Origin: a bacterium
GTDB lineage: Bacteria > SZUA-182 > DTGQ01 > JAFGSM01
Assembly: GCA_049472355.1 (NCBI GenBank)
Contig: JBLIRP010000057.1
Location: 1-25,846 of the forward strand
DNA length: 25,846 nucleotides
Direction: 5' to 3'
Positions 15,849 through 24,151 of this stretch are shown here, piece after piece (the first letter of the stretch is position 1; every line of letters starts with the position of its first letter). The position numbers and the translations under genes are program-made. The notes under the pieces were generated by a model. The model saw only the letters and a list, made by a program, of their open reading frames with translations. It searched no databases and was not told where the DNA came from.

Positions 15849-18677
15849 TTAGCTGCCACCATCAAGGGACGGCAGGCGGGTGATGAACAGGACGGATTCC
15901 CCGGCATGGGAAGGGAGCTTCCCGCATACCCTCCCAAAAAAGGGATACCGGGCACTCCATCGATGCCGTTCCGGGTCCAGGACAAGCACGTGCTTCATTG
16001 CGTCCTCCTTGATGAAAAGGATTCCTGCATCCCGGTAGGTGATAAAATTCCTTTCGATGACCACCTGGTTGGGTGCCCCGTCTGATGTATTCCCCGTAGA
16101 AAGGCACCGTATCAGCCGGATTCCCGGGCCGTGGTCATAGAGCCCCCCTCCCTCCACATCCGCCGTGTTATTCTGAATGACGCAATTGATGATCGACGGG
16201 GAGGAGCCCAGGCACAGGATTCCTCCGCCCCTCTCGGCCTTCCCGTTTCGGAGGGTGAATCCGTGCAGTATCGTATCGGAACCCTCACCGCCTGCAAACC
16301 TTACCACGCTCCCCGAAGCGTTTCCATCGATGATCGTCACCGAGGGGCCATGGGCGGAACGAACGGTTATCGCCCTTCCGGAAAAATCGATATTCTCATG
16401 AAAGGTCCCGGGATACACGGTGATGGTGTCGCCATCCTCCGCACAATCGATGGCCTCCTGGATGGCGGCATACTGGCGGCCGGGTCCCACCCCTTCGGGA
16501 ATCAGGGATGAGAGATCGACATCCAGCATCCGGGCAGCGGATGCTATGCTGTCATACGCATCCGAGCATGAAACGGTAATCCTGTAGGGAACGGGATCCA
16601 TCGATAGGATATTCGGGTCCTGCCAAAAGGATGCAGTGATGGCGTAAATCCCCCGAGCAAGGTCGGCCTGTATCTCCCCGTAGTTCGGATCGGCCATGTC
16701 ATTCCCGTTCGGGTCAGTCACGCCGATAAAGAGTGTCCGGCCGGAAAGCCCGCACTCACCGCCAATCGTGCAGGGGCCGTCCAGGATGACCGTGTGAGTG
16801 TTGATGCTGTTCTGATCACTCAGGGTGCCCACGATCTCGAATTCCCTTCCGAAGGAGACGTCCTCGTCCATGACCAGGGCAATGAAGGATTTCTCCGCGG
16901 TTGTGTCATTTGCCGTTGCACTTACATTGATCCTGACCGCCGTCTTCGACATGCCGTAGGAAGGGGTGATGCTGAGGATGTCATCCGCATCAATGGAGGC
17001 TTGGACCGCACTGTTGCTCGTCCCGGCGGTCACTGTGACATCATCCCCGTTTTCATCCACCGCATCGATACGGATCATGAAGGGCGGGCCGCAGGAGTTC
17101 ACAATGATATTTCTGAATTGATTCAAGATTAACGGGGGAATGTCGCAATTGGCGTCAATTGCGGTCCTTTCCTCTTCGGTCATTGCGCCGGTGCTGATGG
17201 AGATCGCGTAATCAAGGTGACCCACATCGTACTTATAGCACCATATGCCCGCACACAGGGATGCCTTGAGGGTGTAATGGTCGGCAGGGAGTGCCAGGGA
17301 GAGCGGATCGTGATCCGAGGCAACCACGTTATTCCTCGAATCATACAGGGAGATGTAAAACGCCTGTTTCGAAAAGTAGTAGCGGGTGCCGGTGATGGTG
17401 GTGGGTCCCTTGAGATACACTCCATATTCATCGGCGTCCTTTGCGGCATCGAATCTGCCGAATATATTCGGGGCCTCGAACCGATCCACTTCCTCCAAAT
17501 TGGTGTAGCAATCATCCCCTGAGCATGGCTTCACCGAACGATAGATCATCAATTCACCGGGCGGATACACATGACTGGTGGTGACGATATTCTGGTCGAG
17601 GTAGTAGAATTCATCATCCGTGCCGTCCCATCCGAAATTTATGTGGATGCTCCTGCCCGATTCATCTGAGGAATATCCGTCGGCAATCCCCATGTGACCG
17701 GGAAAACGAAGGAGAACCGGATGATTGGCATCGATCTCTTCTTGAATGGCCTCGAAAAACTGATTGGCATCCGTATTGTACAGGGTGTCTATTTCAGTGG
17801 AGTATCCGAAGTTTTTGGTCAACGCAGCTTCATTAACGATGGCGTTGGAGGTGTCAAGGCCGAATTCGGTTTCGTTTGCCAGGGCCACATCCTTTATGAG
17901 ACGGGCAATCTCATCCGCTTCATGCTCGGGGGTGAGCATGCCGATGGTTTCCGGCATATGCCCCCAGTGGTAATTCCTGTATAGTATGCCCTTCAATTGC
18001 CTTCCCTGCCAGGTATACGACACCACCCCGCTCCCTGAGTCGGGATAGCGATAGTACCGCATGATCTGGGCAAGGGCCACACCGACGCACCCGGCAACCA
18101 CATGTTTTCCGTTCATCTCGGGCAGGAATCGGTTATAGGGCGGCTTTTGGTGCCATTGCGTCTTCACCAGGTACGTTCCCGGCGCATAGGGTTTCAATCT
18201 CCTGGTGCCGTCGTAATCAAGCAGGAAGTCCCACCGCTTCCGATTTATGTCCGCATATGAGGATTTCATTCGGGCGTGGCCCGTCTCATGTGCTGCCCGA
18301 GCATCGTATGCCATTTCAGAAAGCAGGAATTCCCTGTATCCTGCAGGCAGTGTGTTGAAATCGCCTTCAAGCGAATATGCCTTGATGGGGGTGCGATCCC
18401 TGGACCATGAGACCAGTACGAACCCTCCCTCTTCGAGATCCGCCAGATAGGCGATGGCCATGGAGGGAAGCGAGGGTTCTATCATACTGCTCTCCAGGAT
18501 CCGTGAAGAATGGATCCCCTTCCGGGCTTGTTTGAACGCCAGAAAGTTCCGCACAATCCGCTCATGGTCCTCTTGTGCTGATACACGAAAGGGAGGAAGG
18601 ACCAGAGAGAACATCAGAAGGAATAGCAATAGGCGCTGCAAGAGGGTGTTTCGTGAAATCCCGGTGTATGGTGTCAT
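15849..18677 (-). CDS. Exported C10 family (streptopain-like) cysteine protease with I69-type prodomain, beta-sandwich modules and a C-terminal right-handed beta-helix
   Basis: Signal VSA/Q, prodomain GGFVLVS..PIKAYS, WHQKPPYN, catalytic AGCVGVALAQIM and GHMGIADGY, HINFGWDG, and beta-helix IQEAID...PGTFHENIDF...TIIDG...GGGILC. Confidence 0.88.
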   Translation of the reverse strand: MTPYTGISRNTLLQRLLLFLLMFSLVLPPFRVSAQEDHERIVRNFLAFKQARKGIHSSRILESSMIEPSLPSMAIAYLADLEEGGFVLVSWSRDRTPIKAYSLEGDFNTLPAGYREFLLSEMAYDARAAHETGHARMKSSYADINRKRWDFLLDYDGTRRLKPYAPGTYLVKTQWHQKPPYNRFLPEMNGKHVVAGCVGVALAQIMRYYRYPDSGSGVVSYTWQGRQLKGILYRNYHWGHMPETIGMLTPEHEADEIARLIKDVALANETEFGLDTSNAIVNEAALTKNFGYSTEIDTLYNTDANQFFEAIQEEIDANHPVLLRFPGHMGIADGYSSDESGRSIHINFGWDGTDDEFYYLDQNIVTTSHVYPPGELMIYRSVKPCSGDDCYTNLEEVDRFEAPNIFGRFDAAKDADEYGVYLKGPTTITGTRYYFSKQAFYISLYDSRNNVVASDHDPLSLALPADHYTLKASLCAGIWCYKYDVGHLDYAISISTGAMTEEERTAIDANCDIPPLILNQFRNIIVNSCGPPFMIRIDAVDENGDDVTVTAGTSNSAVQASIDADDILSITPSYGMSKTAVRINVSATANDTTAEKSFIALVMDEDVSFGREFEIVGTLSDQNSINTHTVILDGPCTIGGECGLSGRTLFIGVTDPNGNDMADPNYGEIQADLARGIYAITASFWQDPNILSMDPVPYRITVSCSDAYDSIASAARMLDVDLSSLIPEGVGPGRQYAAIQEAIDCAEDGDTITVYPGTFHENIDFSGRAITVRSAHGPSVTIIDGNASGSVVRFAGGEGSDTILHGFTLRNGKAERGGGILCLGSSPSIINCVIQNNTADVEGGGLYDHGPGIRLIRCLSTGNTSDGAPNQVVIERNFITYRDAGILFIKEDAMKHVLVLDPERHRWSARYPFFGRVCGKLPSHAGESVLFITRLPSLDGGS

Positions 18678-18924
18678 GCAGCGATGCAGCAGCAGGTCAC
18701 CCCCTTCCGGGGGGACCCTGGATCATCGTTATTTCAAAGAATGAATGCGGTGTCATCATGACCGATACCATATGCAAATATCGCACCGCAAAGGGCATCG
18801 GGGATCACTCGACCGTTGAGGACCGATAATTCCTGTACACCCGGTACACCCGGATAAACTGAAAAGCAGGTACCATCCGTTGGACCGAAGGTTTTTTCCT
18901 CCGGATCAATGTCCGGACGGATGT

Positions 18925-19497
18925 CTACGGGCCGGAGGATACAACGAGGTCAACGCGGGTCCACCGCACCACCATGGCGCCGGCCGCAGGAATCTGCTCG
19001 ATCACCGCCCCCTGCGGAACGGTTTCACTTGATTCGTAGTACACCGTTCCCACACTCAGGTATGCATTCGTGATCACAGCCATTGCATCGTTCCGGTCTT
19101 CCCCGACCACATCGGGCACGGAGACCTCCGGCGCAGCGACCGCGGTGAAGGGATACGTGGTAAAGAAGGGCGTCCCCTGGGGATAATACTGATACGGGGT
19201 GAACTGAGAAGGCCGGTTTACGTAAAAGGCATTGAGCGACGACATCGGGTACAATGCGTAAAAACTCGTGAATCCGAAATCATACGAGACCGACGGCCTG
19301 GCGTAGACACTGAACCAGAAAGGGCTGGATTTAATGAACGAGGGATTTTGTGAATACGAGGAATAGGCAAGGGCGTTTCGTATCCAGTTGCCGTTGTCGT
19401 TCATGAATGGAGAATCCATTCCCGAGGCGCTGACCGTCACGAGAAGAAAAAAACCGAGAAGGATGAAACACATGACCCTGGCAGTTCTGTTGCTCAT
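18925..19497 (-). CDS. Exported PASTA-domain protein with an aromatic/Ser/Pro-rich N-terminal region
   Basis: Signal peptide and a C-terminal VPDVVG...SETVPQGAVIEQIPAAG..V...VDLVVSSGP (PASTA). RBS AGGAG. Confidence 0.85.
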   Translation of the reverse strand: MSNRTARVMCFILLGFFLLVTVSASGMDSPFMNDNGNWIRNALAYSSYSQNPSFIKSSPFWFSVYARPSVSYDFGFTSFYALYPMSSLNAFYVNRPSQFTPYQYYPQGTPFFTTYPFTAVAAPEVSVPDVVGEDRNDAMAVITNAYLSVGTVYYESSETVPQGAVIEQIPAAGAMVVRWTRVDLVVSSGP

Positions 19498-19693
19498 ACA
19501 AACTGTCTCCTATGTATACGGGATATTCCCAACTCTATGAATGATAGAAAGAAACGGTGATCACTGCTACGTATCAATGTATCACCAAAATTTATTCTGT
19601 CAATAGTGCAACTGCTCACCAGATTGAGTTATTAATCGCCATTACAAGAAATATGGTGGAAACATGTATTAGACATAAAGAAGGGGCATAGCC

Positions 19694-20512
19694 TTATGCC
19701 GTCTTTGTCCTGGACACGATTATCCGAAGGGAAAAGAGGAGCAAAAAGAAGAAGGCGGAAAGAAGGATGATGGTGCCGGAGGCAGGGACATTCAGATAGA
19801 AGGCAAGCCAGAGTCCCATGATCACCGAAATCACCGCCACGAGCATGGAGATCAGGATGGCGTGAAAAAAACTTTTTGCCATCTGGAGCCCTGCAGCGGC
19901 AGGAATGACCACCAGGGCGGTGACGAGAAGCAAACCCACGATCTTCATTCCCAGGACAACCACCATCGCCGTGAGGATGATCATGATGCTTTCAAGACCT
20001 CGCACCTTGATGCCGCTCGCCTTGGCTGAATCAGGATCAAAGGTGATAAAGAGGAACTCCTGGTAATAGAGGGTGATCGCTGCACATGCAATGACGGTCA
20101 GCACTATGGAGAACCAGACCTCCGCTGCGGATATTGCCAGGATGTTTCCGAACAGGTAGCTCATGAGGTCGACATTGAAACCGCCCGCCAGACTTGCCAG
20201 AATGATCCCGATGGCCATGCCGATGCTGCTGAAGATGCCGATGGCGGTGTCCTCGTACACCCCCGCCTTTTCCCTGAGCTTGATGATGCCCACGGCGCAG
20301 ACGACCCCGATGATCAAGGCGGCGATCATGGGGGTGATGTGGAGGATGAGTCCCACCGCCACCCCGCCGAAGGTGATGTGGGCAAGCCCGTGGCCCAGCA
20401 TGGCATCCTTGCGCAGGACCAGGAAAACCCCGAGGATTGCGCAGGTGGTGGCGATGAAGATTCCGGCAAACAGTGCCCTCTGCATGAAGCTGTAGGCGAG
20501 AAAGAATTCCAC
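19694..20512 (-). CDS. znuB: Zn/Mn ABC transporter permease
   Basis: FMQRAL, GVFLVLR, GLAHITFGG, YLFGNIL, FDPDSAKASGI, VGLLLVTAL..PA. GTG start. Confidence 0.9.
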   Translation of the reverse strand: MEFFLAYSFMQRALFAGIFIATTCAILGVFLVLRKDAMLGHGLAHITFGGVAVGLILHITPMIAALIIGVVCAVGIIKLREKAGVYEDTAIGIFSSIGMAIGIILASLAGGFNVDLMSYLFGNILAISAAEVWFSIVLTVIACAAITLYYQEFLFITFDPDSAKASGIKVRGLESIMIILTAMVVVLGMKIVGLLLVTALVVIPAAAGLQMAKSFFHAILISMLVAVISVIMGLWLAFYLNVPASGTIILLSAFFFLLLFSLRIIVSRTKTA

Positions 20513-20526
20513 GAAAAGCCCTTTCG

Positions 20527-21291
20527 TTAATGACGGTGGCAGATGAGGTGTCGCTCTCCCTTCAGAAATGTCTCGACGAACGATGACCGGCAGAATTCTT
20601 CATGGGTGCCGTGAAACACGAGGGTCTGGTTGAGGCACGCCACCTTGGTGACATACTTGGTGACCATGCCGATATCATGGGTGATCAATACAATGGTGAT
20701 GCCGTGGAGCTTGTTCAGGGAACTGAGCATATCATAAAAAAGGCCCTGAGTGGCGGCGTCCACCCCGGTGGTCGGCTCGTCAAGAAAGAGTATCTCAGGG
20801 TTATTGACGATGGCCCGTGCGATGAAGACGCGCTGCTGCTGCCCGCCTGAGAGCTCTCCGATCCTGCGCCTCGTGAATTCCTCCATGCCCACCTTTTCCA
20901 GGGCCTGGTTGATTAGTGAGTCATCACTCCTGTAGATGAAGCGGGGGAATCTCTTTCCGGCCAAAAGCCCCATGGCCACCACCTCCTTGACGGAGGCGGG
21001 AAAGTATGGGTCGATATGGGTGGCGTTTTGCGGTACATACCCCAATCGTTGCCACTGGGAGAATTCGGTGCTCGCCTGGTCAAACAGCACTATTTCACCC
21101 TTTTGCACCGGCAGGATGCCGAGCACCAGCTTGATGAGGGTTGTTTTCCCGGAGCCGTTCGGCCCGAGGATGGCGAGGAAATCCCCCTGGATGATCTCGA
21201 ATGAGATATCCGATAACACCAGGGTGCCGGCGTAGTGGTACTCAAGCCCCTTCACGGATATCTGTGTAATCGCCTGTTCACTCACATTCAA
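20527..21291 (-). CDS. znuC: Zn/Mn ABC transporter ATP-binding protein
   Basis: GPNGSGKTT, GYVPQ, LSGGQQQRVFIARA, LDEPTTGVD, and C-terminal CHRH. Confidence 0.92.
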   Translation of the reverse strand: MNVSEQAITQISVKGLEYHYAGTLVLSDISFEIIQGDFLAILGPNGSGKTTLIKLVLGILPVQKGEIVLFDQASTEFSQWQRLGYVPQNATHIDPYFPASVKEVVAMGLLAGKRFPRFIYRSDDSLINQALEKVGMEEFTRRRIGELSGGQQQRVFIARAIVNNPEILFLDEPTTGVDAATQGLFYDMLSSLNKLHGITIVLITHDIGMVTKYVTKVACLNQTLVFHGTHEEFCRSSFVETFLKGERHLICHRH

Positions 21292-22249
21292 GGCCCTTCA
21301 TGAGGTTCTCGAGGTTTTCCTTCATAACGTCAATGAAGGTGATCCCTGCTTTCCTCTCCTCCCTGGTCAGGTTTGCCCCGGGATTGATAACCATGATCGT
21401 TGCACCGATCTCTTCGGCGAGAACCCGGGCGAGCCGATCATTGGCAAGCCGTTCATAAAAGATCGTGCATATCCCGATGCGCTTTGCATAATCCGTGATC
21501 CCAGCCATCTCCCTCGGTTTCGTTTCGGCATCGGGATTCATTCCCATAAGGGAGATCTGCTCCAAACCATAGCGTTGCACAAGATACGAAAATGCCGCAT
21601 GCCCCGCAACGAGTATCTCGGATCGCTTGCATCGCGCCAGGGATTCCGCATATTGGGTGTCCAGTGCGGCCAATCGTTCATTGTATGCGCTTGCGTTACG
21701 CCGATAAAGGGATGCCCCTTCGGGGTCCTTGCGGGAAAATGCATCGGCGAGCGTATCCACGATTCTTTGATCCATACGAAAATCAAGCCATATATGCGGA
21801 TCAATACCCTCGTGTTGGCGGCCCGTATGCGCATGCTTATGGGGCATGTTTCTTACCCCCTGCTCAGAGGGGACATCTCCTGCTGATTGCCGGGGGGAGG
21901 GAATTTCCAGCTTCTCCATAATCTCCACCACCTCCAATGAATCCCTTCGCGCACCCTCGAGAATATCCCTGGCCCATGGCTCCAAACCGCTCCCTATATA
22001 AATAAAGAAATCCGCCTTCGCGATGGTAAGGATATCGGAAGGGCGCGGTTCCCAGGTATGGGGTTCCGCACCGGGTGGAAGGAGAAGTCTCACCGTGGCC
22101 CGCTCCCCCCCGACGGCACGCGCGAATTCCTGGAGGGGAAAAATGCTTGTCACCACGGTCAATCGCGGTGCGCACCATCCTGCGGCACAGGCAAACAGGA
22201 TGACAGCCATTACCAGCGCGCCCAGGATTCGTCCGACTCCCCTTTCCAT
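21278..22249 (-). CDS. znuA: Zn-type metal ABC transporter substrate-binding protein
   Basis: GAEPHTWEP, a His-rich loop HKHAHTGRQH, DPHIWLD and GHAAFSY. Start at 22249 after GAGGAG. Confidence 0.9.
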   Translation of the reverse strand: MERGVGRILGALVMAVILFACAAGWCAPRLTVVTSIFPLQEFARAVGGERATVRLLLPPGAEPHTWEPRPSDILTIAKADFFIYIGSGLEPWARDILEGARRDSLEVVEIMEKLEIPSPRQSAGDVPSEQGVRNMPHKHAHTGRQHEGIDPHIWLDFRMDQRIVDTLADAFSRKDPEGASLYRRNASAYNERLAALDTQYAESLARCKRSEILVAGHAAFSYLVQRYGLEQISLMGMNPDAETKPREMAGITDYAKRIGICTIFYERLANDRLARVLAEEIGATIMVINPGANLTREERKAGITFIDVMKENLENLMKGLECE

Positions 22250-22323
22250 GGTCATCTCCTCACCGGTGATGGAGCGTGAGATATACAGGTGAATGGGCTG
22301 CCTCCGCATTCTCTGACAATGGA

Positions 22324-22358
22324 AGGGTAGTATAGGAGGGGGGCAATGTCAAGACATT
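22324..22358 (-). promoter_or_regulatory. Putative sigma-70 promoter of znuACB with an overlapping palindrome
   Basis: Minus strand TTGACA-N17-TACCCT. The inverted repeat AATGTC-N2-GACATT (22345-22358) covers the -35 box. Confidence 0.4.
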
Positions 22359-22534
22359 TGATCCATTTGCATAAGGTCATACACGGTTTTTGTTTTTAGA
22401 CTATTCATAGAATTTATGCCCCATCATACACAAAAAATATCCCTGCCTGCCTCGTTCCCCCCTTTATAATTAAATCTTTAATAAAATTTTATAAAAAAGA
22501 TATTCAATAAAATATATTAATTATAGAGACATTT

Positions 22535-22550
22535 TGGCACAAATCTTGTT
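22535..22550 (+). promoter_or_regulatory. Putative sigma-54 promoter of the V/A-ATPase operon
   Basis: TGGCACAAATCTTGTT has a perfect TGGCAC -24 box and a TTGT variant at -12. It follows a long AT-rich tract and lies 110 nt before ATG 22660. Confidence 0.5.
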
Positions 22551-22659
22551 TCTTATAGAAACGACGCTACAGACATAATCTCCACCTGATTTTGTCTTTT
22601 CTCCATCCGAGAAGGAAGGGTAATCAGCACAGGTATAGCATGAACAAAGGGATACAGAA

Positions 22660-22995
22660 ATGGAGACCATAACGGACGTAACGGTCATCCGGCAAATGCT
22701 CGATGTGGAAAAAAGTGCCTGTAACATCATTGACGAGGCTAAACAAGAGGCAAACAAGCTTATAGAGGATGCGCGGAATGAGTCAAGAAAAATCATAGAG
22801 GAGACAAAGCAGGAGATCTCCCGGAGAACAGAGGTCCTGGAAAGCCAGTTACAGGAAGAAGCAGAGGGAGAGATCAACCGAATTAATGCCTCAAAACAAA
22901 ATATGTTGGAAATAATAAAACAAAAGTCACACCAGAAAAGAGAACAGGCAGTAGAAATAGTAAGTGAATTTTTATTTAAGACAATCGTTGGTTAG
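22660..22995 (+). CDS. V/A-type ATP synthase peripheral stalk subunit G/H
   Basis: A 111-aa charged coiled coil (IIDEAKQEANKLIEDARNESRKIIEE) directly upstream of subunits C and I. Confidence 0.8.
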   Translation: METITDVTVIRQMLDVEKSACNIIDEAKQEANKLIEDARNESRKIIEETKQEISRRTEVLESQLQEEAEGEINRINASKQNMLEIIKQKSHQKREQAVEIVSEFLFKTIVG

Positions 22996-22997
22996 TC

Positions 22998-24047
22998 ATG
23001 TTAAAGGATGCTATCCGTTTTTCATACATAAATGCAAAGATACGATCATTGAAGAGCCGATTGCTCATTCCAACCGATTACGAAAAATTAATCAAGGCTC
23101 AAGGGTATCAGGGATTGGTTGAGTACCTGCGCCTGACATCCTATGGTACGAAGATCGATGAGACCCTCTCTTCGTTCGATGATCTTATCCATCTCTACCA
23201 TACCCACCTGTTTGAAATCTACACCAAACTCATTGATTCCCTGTCCGGCAATATCAAGCGGCTGGTGCATCATCTGTACCAACGCTACGAGCTTGAGAAT
23301 TTGAAGGTTATCATCAGGACAATCTGCTACGGTCAACAGGTGGAATACGCACGACGGCTTCTGTTGCCTGTTACCAAACATGCCACCTTTTCATCGGATG
23401 GGCTTCTTGCATCAAGGGATATGACCGAACTCATCGAGGCAGTCAAAGGCACATGGTACTACGAACCCCTGGAAAATTCATTGTATCGATTTGAAAACGA
23501 GGGGGAGACATTTCCCTTGGAAATGGCCCTTGACTTGAGTTATTACAAACATCTGTGGGAAATCGTTTCATCACTGGTCCTAAAAGACAAGAAGGTTGCG
23601 AGAACACTTTTAGGGATCCAGTTGGATGCCTTAAATATTATATGGATCATCCGCTTCAAGGAAAGTTATCGTTTCACTCCTGAAGAGATCCTCAATTACA
23701 GCCTTGTGGATGGAAAACATATATCCAAAAAGGTGAGGAAACGATTGGCGTATTCGGTCGGCATAAACGATGTGATAGCAAATCTGGAAGGGACGCCGTA
23801 TAAAAGTTTTTTACAAGGCATGAATGATCCTGAAGCAGGATATATCAAGTTACTCAAATATGTCTTAAATATTACCACAAACAACTGGAGCAGATATCCT
23901 TTCCAAATAGGGACTATTTTGGATTACATATTTTTTATTGAAATGGAAATAAAGGACCTCATTACCATTACTGAGGGAATAAGAATAGGAATGTCTAATA
24001 ATGAAGTTAATAAACATATAGTACACAATGTTGAGATAACTTGTTAA
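22998..24047 (+). CDS. V/A-type ATP synthase subunit C (AC39 family)
   Basis: YINAKIRSLKSRLL, YELENLKVIIR, LEMALDLSYY, EIKDLITITEGIR. 349 aa. Confidence 0.9.
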   Translation: MLKDAIRFSYINAKIRSLKSRLLIPTDYEKLIKAQGYQGLVEYLRLTSYGTKIDETLSSFDDLIHLYHTHLFEIYTKLIDSLSGNIKRLVHHLYQRYELENLKVIIRTICYGQQVEYARRLLLPVTKHATFSSDGLLASRDMTELIEAVKGTWYYEPLENSLYRFENEGETFPLEMALDLSYYKHLWEIVSSLVLKDKKVARTLLGIQLDALNIIWIIRFKESYRFTPEEILNYSLVDGKHISKKVRKRLAYSVGINDVIANLEGTPYKSFLQGMNDPEAGYIKLLKYVLNITTNNWSRYPFQIGTILDYIFFIEMEIKDLITITEGIRIGMSNNEVNKHIVHNVEITC

Positions 24048-24151
24048 CTTATTGTTAATAATTCATACACTTTATAAACAATAACGTATACTATTGTTAC
24101 ATTTTATATTTATAGCAGTATCGTATTGATTGCGGTTAGGAGCTGTGTATA

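Noticed and set aside
19607..19622. TGGTGAGCAGTTGCA upstream of the PASTA gene
   Set aside because: The spacing is one base short for sigma-54. A TTGACA-N16-TACATT sigma-70-like element at 19576-19603 is more plausible.
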